Source: Chloroflexota bacterium (lineage in GTDB: Bacteria > Chloroflexota > Anaerolineae > B4-G1). Taken from it: DNA of 64,000 nucleotides. Position 1 is the first letter of the stretch. The number at the start of each line of letters is the position of its first letter. The stretch lies in the NCBI GenBank assembly GCA_012514315.1, contig JAAZAN010000096.1, forward strand, positions 1,884 through 65,883, given 5' to 3'. This document shows, one piece after another, positions 49,303-60,026 of this stretch. The notes below the pieces were generated by a model. It saw nothing but the letters and a program-made list of their open reading frames with translations. It did no database searches and was not told where the DNA came from. The position numbers were made by a program, and so were the translations under genes.

Positions 49303-49842
49303 CTAGCCAGCACCTGCAAGGTTGCGGCCCAACACGATCAGGATGCCCAAGATGTCAAGGAGCAGATAAGGCCAGGTCAGAACGGTTGCCCTCTCCGCCA
49401 GCGAGCGTGCCACCCGGGCAACAGCCGGCTTGAGGTGGATGAACGCCAGGGGCAACGCGACTGAGAGGGTGCAGAGGACGATGCCAAGGGCGTGGCCCGA
49501 CAGGATAGACGCGTCCGGGCTATAATGCGCAACGACAGCCCACGCGGCGGTGACCAGAACTACTGCGGCGCCGTGGGCGGCAAACCGTGTCCGAAACCAC
49601 GACGCCGGCAGGAGCATGCTCAGGATAACCAGAGCAACAGGAAGCAACAGGCTCTCAAACAGCGCAAACGCCAGTGTGTAGGCGAACACGCCGAGCAGTT
49701 CCCACAGGCTGAGGCGAAGGATGAGCGCCGGCGTCTCGCGGAGTACATTCACGATCGACCATGTGTGCACAACGACGACGGATATGGACAAGACGAGGAA
49801 AGCCTCCCGTCTGGCAGGCAGAAGACGCCGAAGCCTAATCAA
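49303..49842 (-). CDS. Hypothetical polytopic membrane protein
   Basis: 179 aa with about 5 TM helices. Its stop TAG directly abuts the ATG of the downstream gene (TAGATG). Confidence 0.55.
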   Translation of the reverse strand: MIRLRRLLPARREAFLVLSISVVVVHTWSIVNVLRETPALILRLSLWELLGVFAYTLAFALFESLLLPVALVILSMLLPASWFRTRFAAHGAAVVLVTAAWAVVAHYSPDASILSGHALGIVLCTLSVALPLAFIHLKPAVARVARSLAERATVLTWPYLLLDILGILIVLGRNLAGAG

Positions 49843-49968
49843 CCCGCCAGTACCTCCCTGCCGGGTTCCCGAACGTCAAACAGTCTGTGCATCTGCCCAC
49901 CGTCAGGCGAGCCGAATCTTCCCATAGCCACACCGCGGAGTATACCACGGCATCCGTGAATTGCCTAC

Positions 49969-51090
49969 TCAGCGCCCAGACAGGAAGCTCTCGACCTCGG
50001 ACATAGGTAGGAAGTGGGACACCAACGCTTGGGATAGATCCATCTGCGATTGCTGCCACGTTGCCAGAATGCCGTCGTCGAGAGTGATCGCATCAACGTA
50101 ACGGCTGCATCCCGTGCCCCAGGGCGACACAAACAGCGGCCCACTATCGGAGAGCCGCACCATTGACGGGAACTCACTGTCCCAGCCGAAGAAGGCGCCT
50201 CCCAGCTCCTCACACGAATAGCCACGGGGACGCCGGAAAGCGCGATCGCTCTCGTCGTGTTCACGCATACACTCGGCGCCATCGTAGAAGTAGATGGAGC
50301 ACGGTGGCAGGTTCGAGAAAATGCCTTTGCGTGGAATCGGCAAGCGGCACGTGATCCGTGTGGCTGCGACATCCCACGCTGCCCCTCGCGATACGATCTC
50401 ATCTCGGAGCAACTTGAACTCCTGACCTCCAGCGGCCTGTGTCGCCCACGATGTGTTCGCAGAGGCCCAAGTGTATGGATGGGTGCAGAACAGCATGTGT
50501 GTTGCGTCGCCGGGGCCATCGAACACCACGGGATCCTTAGCGTGAAGATACAGCGGTTTGTCGTGATTCTCTACCACGGCCCCGATGGAGCGAGGCGCAA
50601 GCTTTTCCACGGAGTCCGCGACGATTCGGTCGATCGTCCAGACGCCAGTCCCCGGCTTCTGGAACATCTCACAGTCTGCTGGGTACGTGAGATCCTTTTC
50701 AGAGGAGACGAATAATTCGATGCGACCATCCGACCGTCGATGTAGTGCGGTACCCTCGATAGAGATGATGCGGCGACCGGGCCGACTCATGTCAGCCTTG
50801 GACCAGGCAGCCCACTTGCGAAACGTGCGGCCGCGATCGTCCGAGCGGAAGATGGCACACTCGAGTCCTCGCTCACCGGCCGCCAGACCCTGACGCGAAT
50901 CGCCCGCATTCCGATAGCGTCCACTCAACCACAACACTTCGTCTTGGTCAACGAGAATGTTCCCGCCACCGAACCAGTAACCCGGTTGCTGTGCGTAGGC
51001 AGGCACGGTGACGCGGGCCTGGCGCTGGTTAACCAGAGCGAGAAGCAGACGGTTGAGAGCATCTATGAGTTCTGGTGTGAGATGAAGCAT
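49969..51090 (-). CDS. Asp-box beta-propeller protein (paralog of 13392..14327), function unknown
   Basis: The ATG at 51090 is preceded by GGAGGG. Asp-box-like FRSDDRGRTF. Shares the W(W/F)xGG...L(S/A)(G/A)R.R..GDS(P/R).G pattern with the other copy. Confidence 0.55.
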   Translation of the reverse strand: MLHLTPELIDALNRLLLALVNQRQARVTVPAYAQQPGYWFGGGNILVDQDEVLWLSGRYRNAGDSRQGLAAGERGLECAIFRSDDRGRTFRKWAAWSKADMSRPGRRIISIEGTALHRRSDGRIELFVSSEKDLTYPADCEMFQKPGTGVWTIDRIVADSVEKLAPRSIGAVVENHDKPLYLHAKDPVVFDGPGDATHMLFCTHPYTWASANTSWATQAAGGQEFKLLRDEIVSRGAAWDVAATRITCRLPIPRKGIFSNLPPCSIYFYDGAECMREHDESDRAFRRPRGYSCEELGGAFFGWDSEFPSMVRLSDSGPLFVSPWGTGCSRYVDAITLDDGILATWQQSQMDLSQALVSHFLPMSEVESFLSGR

Positions 51091-51281
51091 TGTCCCTCCG
51101 AAGATCAATCAGCGCTTGATACATTCTACCCGTGTCCAGGAAATGCAGTATAGTCTGCTCCGACGCACTGGACAAGCCGCTATCGTCCATTGCCGAGGAG
51201 GTACGGTCTTCCATGTGTCATAGCACTGGGGCGCAGTGTTGTTATACTGAGTAGACCGGCGCGAACTGAGGAGGCCGTCAG

Positions 51282-52271
51282 ATGCGTGATTCAGCGCGGC
51301 ATCATCCCGTGCAGAGATGCGAGTGGCTGCTCCGCGGCATGGGCGTGTTGTGCTTGTTGGTTGGGCTGGGGCTGTTGTACGTCGGGCCGCTCGAACTCTA
51401 CTGTTTCTACCTGTTCGAGGACGGGGGACGATTTCACTACGCCGGCTTCGGATTCGGCTCGTTCATGTTCGCGGTGATAGCCGCTCAGATTGCCGGATAC
51501 TACCTGGCAGGCGGCATTCTCGTCGCGTTGGGCTACGGGCATCTCTTCGTGCGCAGGTGGGCCTGGGCGCTTACCTTGACCACACTGTGGGTCTGGCTGG
51601 TCGTCGGGCTTCCCATCACCCTGGCAGGGCTGTTTGTGTTCGCCACCAGTAAGGACCCGTCGATCTCACAGTTCATCGCTGTTCTTCCGCTTGCCGTCAT
51701 TGCATACCCCGCGTTGCCCCTGCTTCTGCTCTCGATCTATCGGAGCACGCGTTTCCGCACGGTGTTTGAGGCAGCGAGTCCGGAAGCACCGTGGATCGAA
51801 CGCGTGCCGCTCGCCGTGCGCGGTCTCTGTGGGCTGTGGGTCTTCCACGTCATCGGGTGGCACGGAACGATCATGCTCAACGGTGTGTTCCCGCTGTTCG
51901 GAGCCCTGCTGACAGGATCACGGGGCATCGCGATGATTGCCGGTCTCATCGCGATGGCGCCAGTACTGATCTGGGGACTGGCTCAACTGCGTCCGTGGGC
52001 CTGGTGGCTGTCCGTTCTGTTGTCCGGCGCGACGGCCGCATCGTCACTGGTCACCTTCCAGCGCATCACCTTCGCCGAGCTGATCGCGGCCATCGAACTG
52101 CCATCCGCGGAGATGGCGATGTTCAGGCAACTGCCGTTCTTACACCGGCATCCAACGGCGGTCGCGATACTCCCTTCACTCGCGACGCTGATCGTTTCAG
52201 CGATGGTCGGACGCAGCTTCTTTCGGCACGCGGTTGCCCGGGAGAACGCGACTCAGGTAGGCGTGGACTGA
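51282..52271 (+). CDS. Hypothetical polytopic membrane protein
   Basis: 329 aa, 8 or more hydrophobic helices, GAGGAGG RBS upstream. Confidence 0.55.
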   Translation: MRDSARHHPVQRCEWLLRGMGVLCLLVGLGLLYVGPLELYCFYLFEDGGRFHYAGFGFGSFMFAVIAAQIAGYYLAGGILVALGYGHLFVRRWAWALTLTTLWVWLVVGLPITLAGLFVFATSKDPSISQFIAVLPLAVIAYPALPLLLLSIYRSTRFRTVFEAASPEAPWIERVPLAVRGLCGLWVFHVIGWHGTIMLNGVFPLFGALLTGSRGIAMIAGLIAMAPVLIWGLAQLRPWAWWLSVLLSGATAASSLVTFQRITFAELIAAIELPSAEMAMFRQLPFLHRHPTAVAILPSLATLIVSAMVGRSFFRHAVARENATQVGVD

Positions 52272-52442
52272 CCCCTTCGGTCTGGCGACGGCTCGAGTGC
52301 GTGTGGCCCGATGCGTGTCTCCATGGTAGAATGACGGTATGCGCTGCTCGATCTGTTCGGCCACTTCCTTGCAGATCTTGCCGAACAACGGTGAAACAGG
52401 GGCCGCATCCCATTGGCCTCAACAAATAGAAGGAGGATTTCA

Positions 52443-53024
52443 GTGGCTTTCACACTTCAGATTGGAGATAAGGCGCCGGCCTTCACGCTACCGGCGACCG
52501 ATGGGCGCGTGTACAGCCTGTCCGAGTTCGAGGAAGCCGAGGTACTTGTCGTGTTCTTCACGTGTAACCACTGTCCGTTCGTCACGGGATCGGACGAGGT
52601 AACCCGCCAGACCGCGGAGAAGCACGCCTCCGCTGGGGTTCAGTTCGTTGGGATCAACTCCAACAGTGTTCATACCTACGCTGAGGACAGCTTCGAGCAT
52701 ATGGTGCAGCGGATGGCTACCCACCGATTTCCGTGGGTGTACCTCCACGATGAGTCTCAGGAGATCGCGCGGGCTTACGGGGCGCTCCGAACCCCCCACT
52801 TCTATGTCTTCGACCGTGACCGGAGACTGGTCTATACCGGGCGAGGCGTCGACAACCCCCGCGACACATCTCAGATGACCGTTAACGACCTTGATCGGGC
52901 GTTGACAGAACACCTGGCCGGTCAGCCAGTCAGCGTGCCGGTGACCAATCCCATTGGGTGCAACGTCAAATGGGAAGGTCAAGATGCGCATTGGATGCCA
53001 CCGGAGGCGTGCGATCTCGTATAG
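52443..53024 (+). CDS. Thioredoxin-fold (AhpC/TSA-redoxin family) protein
   Basis: GTG at 52443 after [23 protein letters not shown]...[14 protein letters not shown] (CxxC). Confidence 0.75.
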   Translation: MAFTLQIGDKAPAFTLPATDGRVYSLSEFEEAEVLVVFFTCNHCPFVTGSDEVTRQTAEKHASAGVQFVGINSNSVHTYAEDSFEHMVQRMATHRFPWVYLHDESQEIARAYGALRTPHFYVFDRDRRLVYTGRGVDNPRDTSQMTVNDLDRALTEHLAGQPVSVPVTNPIGCNVKWEGQDAHWMPPEACDLV

Positions 53025-53121
53025 CTGAAGAGGTGAGTTCTTGTGAAACTGGATGTGGGGGCCGAATGTGATCCTGCAGAGCCAAGCTGCCTGAAGCGGC
53101 ATCGGGGAAAGGACTATCGTT

Positions 53122-54225
53122 GTGAAGATCACTCGGGTCGAGACATTTCTTGTCAAGCCGCGCTGGCTGTTCCTCAAGATTCACACCGATGAGGGGCTAG
53201 TCGGTCTCGGGGAACCGATTCTGGAAGGCCGAGCACTGACCTGCGCGCGTGCCGTCGATGAGCTGGCTCCATATCTCTTGGGCAAGGACCCCCGCCGCGT
53301 CGTACATCATTGGCAGGCGATGTATCGCCACGCGTTCTACCGCGGTGGCCCGATTCTGACCAGCGCCCTGAGCGGTGTGGAGCAGGCTTTGTGGGACCTC
53401 GCGGGCAAGGCGCTTGGTGTGCCGGTCTACCAGCTGTTCGGCGGTCCCACCAGAGATCGCATTCGGATGTACAAGCATGTTGGAGACCCAGAGGCTTTGC
53501 TTGACTGGAAGGCTGAGGGGTTCACGGCCTTCAAGACAGGGGTCCAATCGGAGTCGCCAGCGCGCGCGATCGAGAACAAAGCGTTCGTGGATCGCGCCGT
53601 TGAGCGTTTCGCCGCGTTGCGCGAGGCCGGTGGTCCTGACGTCGACATTGCCATCGATTTCCACGGCGCCATCAGTCCACAAACCGCCAGGGTGCTGATC
53701 AAAGCGCTCGAACCCTATCAGCCCATGTTCATCGAGGAGCCCTGCCAATGCCAGAATGTCGATGTGATGGCTGATATTGCTCGTGGAACACACCTCCCGA
53801 TCGCAGCGGGAGAGCGAGTATTCACCAAGTGGGGGTTCCGAGAGTTGCTGGAGAAGCGCGCTGCGTCCGTCCTGCAACCGGATCTGTGTCACGCGGGGGG
53901 GATCCATGAAGTGCGTATCATCGCGGGCATGGCTGAGTCGTACTACGCCGCCATTGCCCCACACAATCCTCTCGGGCCCATCTCATTGGCGGCGTGCATT
54001 CAGCTCGATGCATCCATCCCGAACTTTGTGGCTCAGGAGCATACTACGCTGGGCGAGGGCTATTTGAAGAACCCGTTCGTGTGTCGAGATGGCTTCGTTG
54101 ACCTGCCGGCTGGCCCCGGCCTGGGTATTGAACTGGACGAGAATGCTATGGCCGATCAGATCGACCATAGTTGGCGCAACCCGGAAACCTACCATCCTGA
54201 CGACAATTCGGTCGTCGACTGGTGA
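53122..54225 (+). CDS. dgoD: D-galactonate dehydratase family enzyme (enolase superfamily)
   Basis: MKITRVETFLVKPRWLFLKIHTDEGLVGLGEP...FYRGGPILTSA closely parallels my recollection of the E. coli DgoD N-terminus. Confidence 0.8.
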   Translation: MKITRVETFLVKPRWLFLKIHTDEGLVGLGEPILEGRALTCARAVDELAPYLLGKDPRRVVHHWQAMYRHAFYRGGPILTSALSGVEQALWDLAGKALGVPVYQLFGGPTRDRIRMYKHVGDPEALLDWKAEGFTAFKTGVQSESPARAIENKAFVDRAVERFAALREAGGPDVDIAIDFHGAISPQTARVLIKALEPYQPMFIEEPCQCQNVDVMADIARGTHLPIAAGERVFTKWGFRELLEKRAASVLQPDLCHAGGIHEVRIIAGMAESYYAAIAPHNPLGPISLAACIQLDASIPNFVAQEHTTLGEGYLKNPFVCRDGFVDLPAGPGLGIELDENAMADQIDHSWRNPETYHPDDNSVVDW

Positions 54226-54248
54226 TCCCCTGGCGGTATCGGCGGGTC

Positions 54249-56306
54249 CTACTCAATCGTCAGGACGACGATCCCGCAGAATGGAGTATCGTCGCCGAGC
54301 GCTATGGTAAGCCCATGTCCTGACGGCTGAGCCTCCGCAGCGATGCTGGTGGGGATCGCGTTGGCAGACAGCATCGACGCTGCGCGAACCGTGGTTGCGA
54401 GCGATATGTGGACAACGGGACGCTGCGGGTCCAGCGATCCGTTGAAGATCACAACCCTGCGTGTGTTGGCATCACACAGATCGATGGGGAACGCGTAGGC
54501 GGCTCCAGTAACCAGAGTGGGCGCGTGTACGACACCGGACGCGAGCGTCGAGATCAGTTGTTGCACCAGGACCTGGCGATGCGGTGATAGGGTATAGCCG
54601 TATGGGTGTGTCGCCAGCGGCCAGGCACAGGCCGCAACGCGTCCTCCGAGGCGATTGTCCCACAATGCCATCCCACAGCCGATCCGACTTCCACGTGCGT
54701 CTCGCAGACTCGTCCACTCTACCGCACCGTCCTTCGGCGTCTGGTACGCAACCCGGGCCATCTGATTCACCGAGAGCCAGATATCGCGGTGTAGCCCGGT
54801 GACGTCCTGTTCCGGGTGCTCCATGCTGTAGTTCATGTCTCCTCGCGACCACCAGTGACCGTGTTCGACAGGCAGGAGCGCGCCGAAACCCCGCTGCTGC
54901 AGTATGCATACAGACTCGGCATCGAGCCAGACTCTCCCGGACAGAATCCGGGTGAGCTCATCATCGTCGTATGCCCAGCAGACCTGCCCCCACAGACAGT
55001 TGACGTCGCCCTCACGCGCCTGAACCGCGATTCCCAACGACTGCAGTATCTCGGCGGCAGGCGTCAGAGGCACGTAGAGCTCCGACATACTCTCGCCGCG
55101 AGATGTGCGCGCGTGCAGAGCGGCATCTTCGCGCCAAAGGACCCCTACGCCGCGAGTCTGCAGATGCGGCGGGAACATCTCGGCCAGGGCATCCAGACCC
55201 GGCCGGATCATGTCTAGCAGCCCCCCGACCCACGGCTCGTCCTTGATCCGCAATCCGGTGAAGCTGAACAGGTCGAGCAACTGCGCATCGGCGCCATGTA
55301 TCTGGGCCAACGCCATCTGCCCCCAGGTGACGGCGTTGGACTTACTGAACGGCGACATCGGGAAGTTCTCGATCTCAGGGGCCACCTCAAACCGCAGCGA
55401 GCTAGGGCGAATACCTTTCTGCACATCCAGCAGGAATGAGGACCTCGCGAAGTCGGCCCTGGTCCCATCCTGGTATCCCGCGAAGTGTGGGCGGTGCGCC
55501 ACCAGTCCACGCTCCCCAGCGAAGGCGCTGAAGAAGCACGACCAGTCGCGTCCTTCGATGCTATGATTGCTCGGATGAGACGTCATGACTCCGATACATG
55601 TGTCAGGCGCTGTGTCGCGCACTGCGTCGCGGATCCGCTGCGCTACCTCGAGCTGTGTCTCGCGCCACGTCTCCAGCCAGACGCTACGCCACTCGTGCGG
55701 AGGGCCGGGGCGCAGGATGCTCTTGACGACCTCGTCCCTGGACACGTCTCGACCTACCTTCCTCGCGAACCTAGCGACCATCGGCTGACTGAAGTCACCG
55801 CCCCAGTCAAGCGGCGCGTGGTTGTGGTAACGCAGATCATCCTCCACCCACACAACGCGGAACCCTGGTTCTGCAAGGCCCCCGTACATACGGACGATAT
55901 ACGCCTGCCAGTTGGGACATGCCATTGAGGCGACGGCCCGTGCTGCATATCCAGACGGTGACACCATCGGAGTGAACGCCGCGCCCCCGGGCATGCGCCG
56001 GCCCCGATCGCAGTGCAACACGGTATACCACGGGTTCAGGCTGACGGTAATCCCGTGTGCGCGCAGAACCTCACAGCAGGTTCGAAGGGCATCCTGCCAT
56101 GCTCTGATGTCACTGTCCGGCAGGTGGCCATCGTTCCAGTCCTCGGCTCCCCCGGCAAAGAGAACCACCTCCTCCACATCATGTGCACGGCAGAAGGTGG
56201 CCAGCTCCAAGGCGCGGCCGGTGACATCGGGTCCTGGGAGAATCTGGAAGCGCAGGTGATAATGAGTCTCCCTCGTTGACAAGGCGTACCTCCTTCGTTC
56301 CATCAA
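54249..56306 (-). CDS. Large hypothetical protein, TIM-barrel/glycoside-hydrolase-like N-terminal half
   Basis: 685-aa ORF with coding-like composition. Its start overlaps the GNAT stop by 4 nt (ATGA). Confidence 0.5.
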   Translation of the reverse strand: MMERRRYALSTRETHYHLRFQILPGPDVTGRALELATFCRAHDVEEVVLFAGGAEDWNDGHLPDSDIRAWQDALRTCCEVLRAHGITVSLNPWYTVLHCDRGRRMPGGAAFTPMVSPSGYAARAVASMACPNWQAYIVRMYGGLAEPGFRVVWVEDDLRYHNHAPLDWGGDFSQPMVARFARKVGRDVSRDEVVKSILRPGPPHEWRSVWLETWRETQLEVAQRIRDAVRDTAPDTCIGVMTSHPSNHSIEGRDWSCFFSAFAGERGLVAHRPHFAGYQDGTRADFARSSFLLDVQKGIRPSSLRFEVAPEIENFPMSPFSKSNAVTWGQMALAQIHGADAQLLDLFSFTGLRIKDEPWVGGLLDMIRPGLDALAEMFPPHLQTRGVGVLWREDAALHARTSRGESMSELYVPLTPAAEILQSLGIAVQAREGDVNCLWGQVCWAYDDDELTRILSGRVWLDAESVCILQQRGFGALLPVEHGHWWSRGDMNYSMEHPEQDVTGLHRDIWLSVNQMARVAYQTPKDGAVEWTSLRDARGSRIGCGMALWDNRLGGRVAACAWPLATHPYGYTLSPHRQVLVQQLISTLASGVVHAPTLVTGAAYAFPIDLCDANTRRVVIFNGSLDPQRPVVHISLATTVRAASMLSANAIPTSIAAEAQPSGHGLTIALGDDTPFCGIVVLTIE

Positions 56307-56818
56307 TTCCCTACGACCGCATTCGCGAGGGCGAGTTCATACGTTACGGTGCTGTCACCGTTGACACGCGTGTTGAGTTCTTCGTCTGTGAACCGGAACC
56401 CTACAGCCTCGAACGTGCCTCGCGCGGCTCGATTGCTGCCCCACGTGGCCACGAGCAATCGCGCCATCCCCCTAACCCGAGCCCACTCGATGATGTCCAG
56501 AATCATGCGCTTTCCCAGCCCCTTGCCTCGCAGACTGCGAGAAATGAAGGTCGGGCCAATGCTCACCGTGCGTGCGTCCGCTTCTGGCAGGGTCATAGTG
56601 AATCCCACTGGTCGGGAGCTGGCGTCTGTCAGAACGAACACCTGGTAGCCGTGATGCCCGCCGTACACCTGATCCACGATCCGATGAAAAGGCGCGTCAT
56701 CAGACCGGCGCTGCAGTAACGCCTCTGTGCGATCCGCCTCCTCAACCAGACCGAGTACGTCGGCGTAGGCACACTCCCGAAGCGTGTATCCTGGGTGGTG
56801 CTCGGAAACGTGGGACAT
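56303..56818 (-). CDS. GNAT family N-acetyltransferase
   Basis: Acetyl-CoA loop SRSLRGKGLGKRMILDIIEWA. Confidence 0.8.
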   Translation of the reverse strand: MSHVSEHHPGYTLRECAYADVLGLVEEADRTEALLQRRSDDAPFHRIVDQVYGGHHGYQVFVLTDASSRPVGFTMTLPEADARTVSIGPTFISRSLRGKGLGKRMILDIIEWARVRGMARLLVATWGSNRAARGTFEAVGFRFTDEELNTRVNGDSTVTYELALANAVVGN

Positions 56819-56889
56819 TGAACTCCTCTCGATGGTGTGGTTCTTGCTGACCTCAACGGGGCAATCGCTCAGGGTTGCACTGCTGTCCG

Positions 56890-57867
56890 CTAGACGTTTG
56901 TCTCCGGCCCATCGTCCTGCATGACTTGAATAAACAGCTGTTCCAGAGTCGGCCTCTGCGGCGCCAGCGCGAGGACTCTCAGCCCCTGCGCCACAAGCCA
57001 GACATTCAGATCGGCTACACGCGTCTCATCAGCTACAGTCAGCTCCAGCGTCTGCTCATCAACCTCTTTGACCTGGTCACCCCAGACAGCCAGGGAATCC
57101 GCAAAGCCTTGGGGTACACGCTCCAGTCTCACCTGAATCCGAACGCTCCCGGCTGCAAGATCCTTGAGAGAGCCAGCGCGGATCACCTGGCCGTGGCGAA
57201 TGAACGCCACCCGGTCGCACGTCACCTCGACTTCGCTCAGCAAATGCGAGTTGATGAACACAGTCGTTCCCTCATCCCGGGCTGTGCGGATCACATCCCT
57301 CACGAGCAGCCGACCAAACGGATCCAGACCCGATGTGGGTTCATCGAGAAACACCAGGTCAGGGTGGGGGAGCAGCGCCATAGCCAATCCAATTCGTTGG
57401 AGCATGCCTTTGGAGAACTCTCCAAGACGGTCTTGTGCCGCCTGCTTGAGGTCGACACGCTCAATCAGCGCCTGAGCGCGCCTTACCCGGTCGGTACGGC
57501 TCATTCCGTACAGCCGGCCGTGCAGGTCAAGGAACTCATCCGCCCGCATCCACTCGTGGAACCGGAAATGCTCCGGCAGGAATCCAACTCGCATGCGCGC
57601 CTGATAGGATTCCACAGACGTACCCAAGAGCGTGGCACGGCCGCTGGTTGGCTTGACCAGGCCCAGCAGCATGTTCACCGACGTGGTCTTTCCGGCGCCA
57701 TTGGGGCCCAGGAAGCCAAACACCTCGCCGCGACCCACCCGAAGGGTCAGGCCCTCAACAGCGACCTTGGTTCCGTCGAAGACCTTGCGGAGCGCGACGG
57801 TCTCGATTGCCGCATCAGATCCACACATCACTGTACCATCCCCGTCTGAGTATACTACGCGTTTCAC
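56890..57867 (-). CDS. ABC transporter ATP-binding protein (ABC-2/DrrA-like)
   Basis: Walker [10 protein letters not shown], signature FSKGMLQR, Walker [13 protein letters not shown]. The start may be 57828. Confidence 0.9.
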   Translation of the reverse strand: MKRVVYSDGDGTVMCGSDAAIETVALRKVFDGTKVAVEGLTLRVGRGEVFGFLGPNGAGKTTSVNMLLGLVKPTSGRATLLGTSVESYQARMRVGFLPEHFRFHEWMRADEFLDLHGRLYGMSRTDRVRRAQALIERVDLKQAAQDRLGEFSKGMLQRIGLAMALLPHPDLVFLDEPTSGLDPFGRLLVRDVIRTARDEGTTVFINSHLLSEVEVTCDRVAFIRHGQVIRAGSLKDLAAGSVRIQVRLERVPQGFADSLAVWGDQVKEVDEQTLELTVADETRVADLNVWLVAQGLRVLALAPQRPTLEQLFIQVMQDDGPETNV

Positions 57868-57920
57868 CTAACGCTAACGTGCTGCCCGGCAACTGCTCAA
57901 CCCAGGCGACAATCGCTCCC

Positions 57921-58529
57921 TCACTCAGATGTGGCATCTCGTTCGCCCTCGTTGGCCGGTCCTACCTTGCCGTCGATCCGGTCGTAGTGTTTCAGGAACG
58001 TCTTCCGTGCCCGATCCAATAGCTTTCCAACCGAACCCGGGGCGACGTTGACCACATTCGCGATCTCACGATAGCTCAGTCCCATTTCCCGGAGGATGAG
58101 CATTTGTGCCGCCCGCCGCGGCATCCGCGCCAGTACTCGCTGCACCTGACGCCGGGTTTCGCGGTGGACCACCTCGGCATAGGAGGGGTCTGATGTCGCT
58201 GGCGGTCCGGGCAGAACCGTCCGTTCACGGCGCAGTCGACGCTGCTCCGCCTTCAGTGCATTGTAGGCTGTGTTGAGCGCTACCCGGTACAGCCAACCCG
58301 CCAGGTTCTCCGTGTGCTGCGGCGGTCGATAGAGCAGCTTCAGGAAGACCTCCTGCGCCAGGTCCTCGGCATCGCCGCGATTGCCCACGACGCGGAATAG
58401 CACGCCGTACACCATGCTGTAGTGCCGCTCGAACAGAGCCTCGAATGAAGTTTCGTCTCCGTCCAGAAGCCTCTGGGCGAGAACTGCGTCGCTCATCGCC
58501 ACCACCTTGGGATCCTCAGGCTGTGTCAT
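57921..58529 (-). CDS. ECF-type RNA polymerase sigma-70 factor
   Basis: Region 2 FEALFERHYSMVYGVLFRVVGNRGDAEDLAQEVFLKL. Region 4 MLILREMGLSYREIANVVNVAPGSV. Confidence 0.9.
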   Translation of the reverse strand: MTQPEDPKVVAMSDAVLAQRLLDGDETSFEALFERHYSMVYGVLFRVVGNRGDAEDLAQEVFLKLLYRPPQHTENLAGWLYRVALNTAYNALKAEQRRLRRERTVLPGPPATSDPSYAEVVHRETRRQVQRVLARMPRRAAQMLILREMGLSYREIANVVNVAPGSVGKLLDRARKTFLKHYDRIDGKVGPANEGERDATSE

Positions 58530-58858
58530 GGGTCTCTACTCTGCCAGTCACCGTGTCTCCACCCATCGTGACGCGTGCATCCGGGCTTCGCACCTGTGCA
58601 ACTACTTCCACGCCGGACCATCGGCGAGCGCCGCGTCGTCTGCTTCGTCCCAGCGACAGCGGGTAGGACCGGAGAGAAGCGGGCCTCTCGCCCAACGAGT
58701 GCTGGAACTGGAAGGCGCTTGCCACCAATGCTGAGATCCCTTGGGCGGGACTCCGCGCCCGCGCTGGCCGAGTCGTGTTCATAGGTCGCTGTGTCAGGGT
58801 GGCGATCACGTGCGCTGCGCTCCAATCCCGAGGCAGTCCAGACCGTTCGCAGCGCAGG

Positions 58859-59734
58859 TTACAGGTCGCGCCGCTCGAACAGCACGATGGCGACAATCAG
58901 GAGCGCGATCGTGTAGACTATCGCGTATGCGACGAAGGCCGGCGTCGGCTGGATTGCGAGTGCGAAGGGGCCCAGCTGACTCTGAAGGGTCCTCAGGCCG
59001 TGGTGCTGCATCAGGCTCGAGGCGTATTTCCACAGCCCTTCGCTCGGCATCAACAGACTCGATGCTGTGCCAAGGTCCTGAGCCGTCTGGCTGTTTGACA
59101 TCGCGCCGATCTGTTCGACCCATCCACCGACAAAGGCGATACTGTAGAGCATGAAGACCATGACTCCGTTGGCCAACGTACTGAGCTGCGCACTGCCTGC
59201 GATCGTGAGGCTCAGAACCACCAGACCTTCGAGGACCATCACGGCCAGGATGCCGACCACGTGCGCTGGCAGGTAGCCACTGATCAACAGCACAGGAGTG
59301 ACTACGCCGAACACCAACAGGCTTGTGTACAACGCTACAATAGCGGCGTGGCCCAGCCACTTGCCAAGGACGATCTCCCAACGGAGAATCGGCTTGGCTG
59401 CAACGGCGTGGATCGCGGCGGTCTCCACCTCGGTCGAGATGGCGCCGACCGCCGTGAGGACTGTGACCATCACGACCATGAAGTTCACTACATACAGCCC
59501 TGCTGTGATGAAAGAAATCGAGAACAGCTCGATCTGGAGGCTTGAGCGCCGAACCTGGGCGGACCCACCGATGTAGTCGATATAGGTGTAGTAGAACCCG
59601 AGCGTGAACACGCCGACAAACACCGTGCCAAGGATCAGACCCAGCCACAGTATCTTGCGGCGCCGCGCCTCGCGCCATGCCAGGAGCGAAATCGTCCCTA
59701 CGCGCCGAACGGACCCCTCACCTCGCCGATGCAT
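58859..59734 (-). CDS. ABC-2 type transporter permease
   Basis: ATG at 59734. LLAWREARRRKILW N-terminus and AAKPILRWEIVLGKWLG motif. Six TM helices. Confidence 0.7.
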   Translation of the reverse strand: MHRRGEGSVRRVGTISLLAWREARRRKILWLGLILGTVFVGVFTLGFYYTYIDYIGGSAQVRRSSLQIELFSISFITAGLYVVNFMVVMVTVLTAVGAISTEVETAAIHAVAAKPILRWEIVLGKWLGHAAIVALYTSLLVFGVVTPVLLISGYLPAHVVGILAVMVLEGLVVLSLTIAGSAQLSTLANGVMVFMLYSIAFVGGWVEQIGAMSNSQTAQDLGTASSLLMPSEGLWKYASSLMQHHGLRTLQSQLGPFALAIQPTPAFVAYAIVYTIALLIVAIVLFERRDL

Positions 59735-60026
59735 CAAGCGCTCTCCCTCGACTCGTCGTAGTGTGACGCGGTGGGAACAAGCGACTGTTCTGGACTCAGC
59801 ACGGGTGATGCCAGCTCCAAACGATCCTTCATCACTGGCGCCGCTCGCTGCACGCCCACATCGACATCGCTCATTCCCACCACGTGGAATCATTGGCCGT
59901 CCATTCTTCCGTCGCTTAGTATACTACGCGCCTTGCCGAGCGCGAACTTGCTGCTGCCTAACCACCACGCTCGATACGCCATCGGGGGCTCGCGATCACA
60001 CGAGCCCCCGGGTCGACATCTCCGAG

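Noticed and set aside
58530-58858. Short ORFs (58516..58896, 58526..58825, 58575..58784, 58741..59154) in the permease-sigma spacer
   Set aside because: They mutually overlap on both strands, are Arg/Pro/Ser-rich and lack RBSs. I treat them as non-coding spacer; see the ECF finding.
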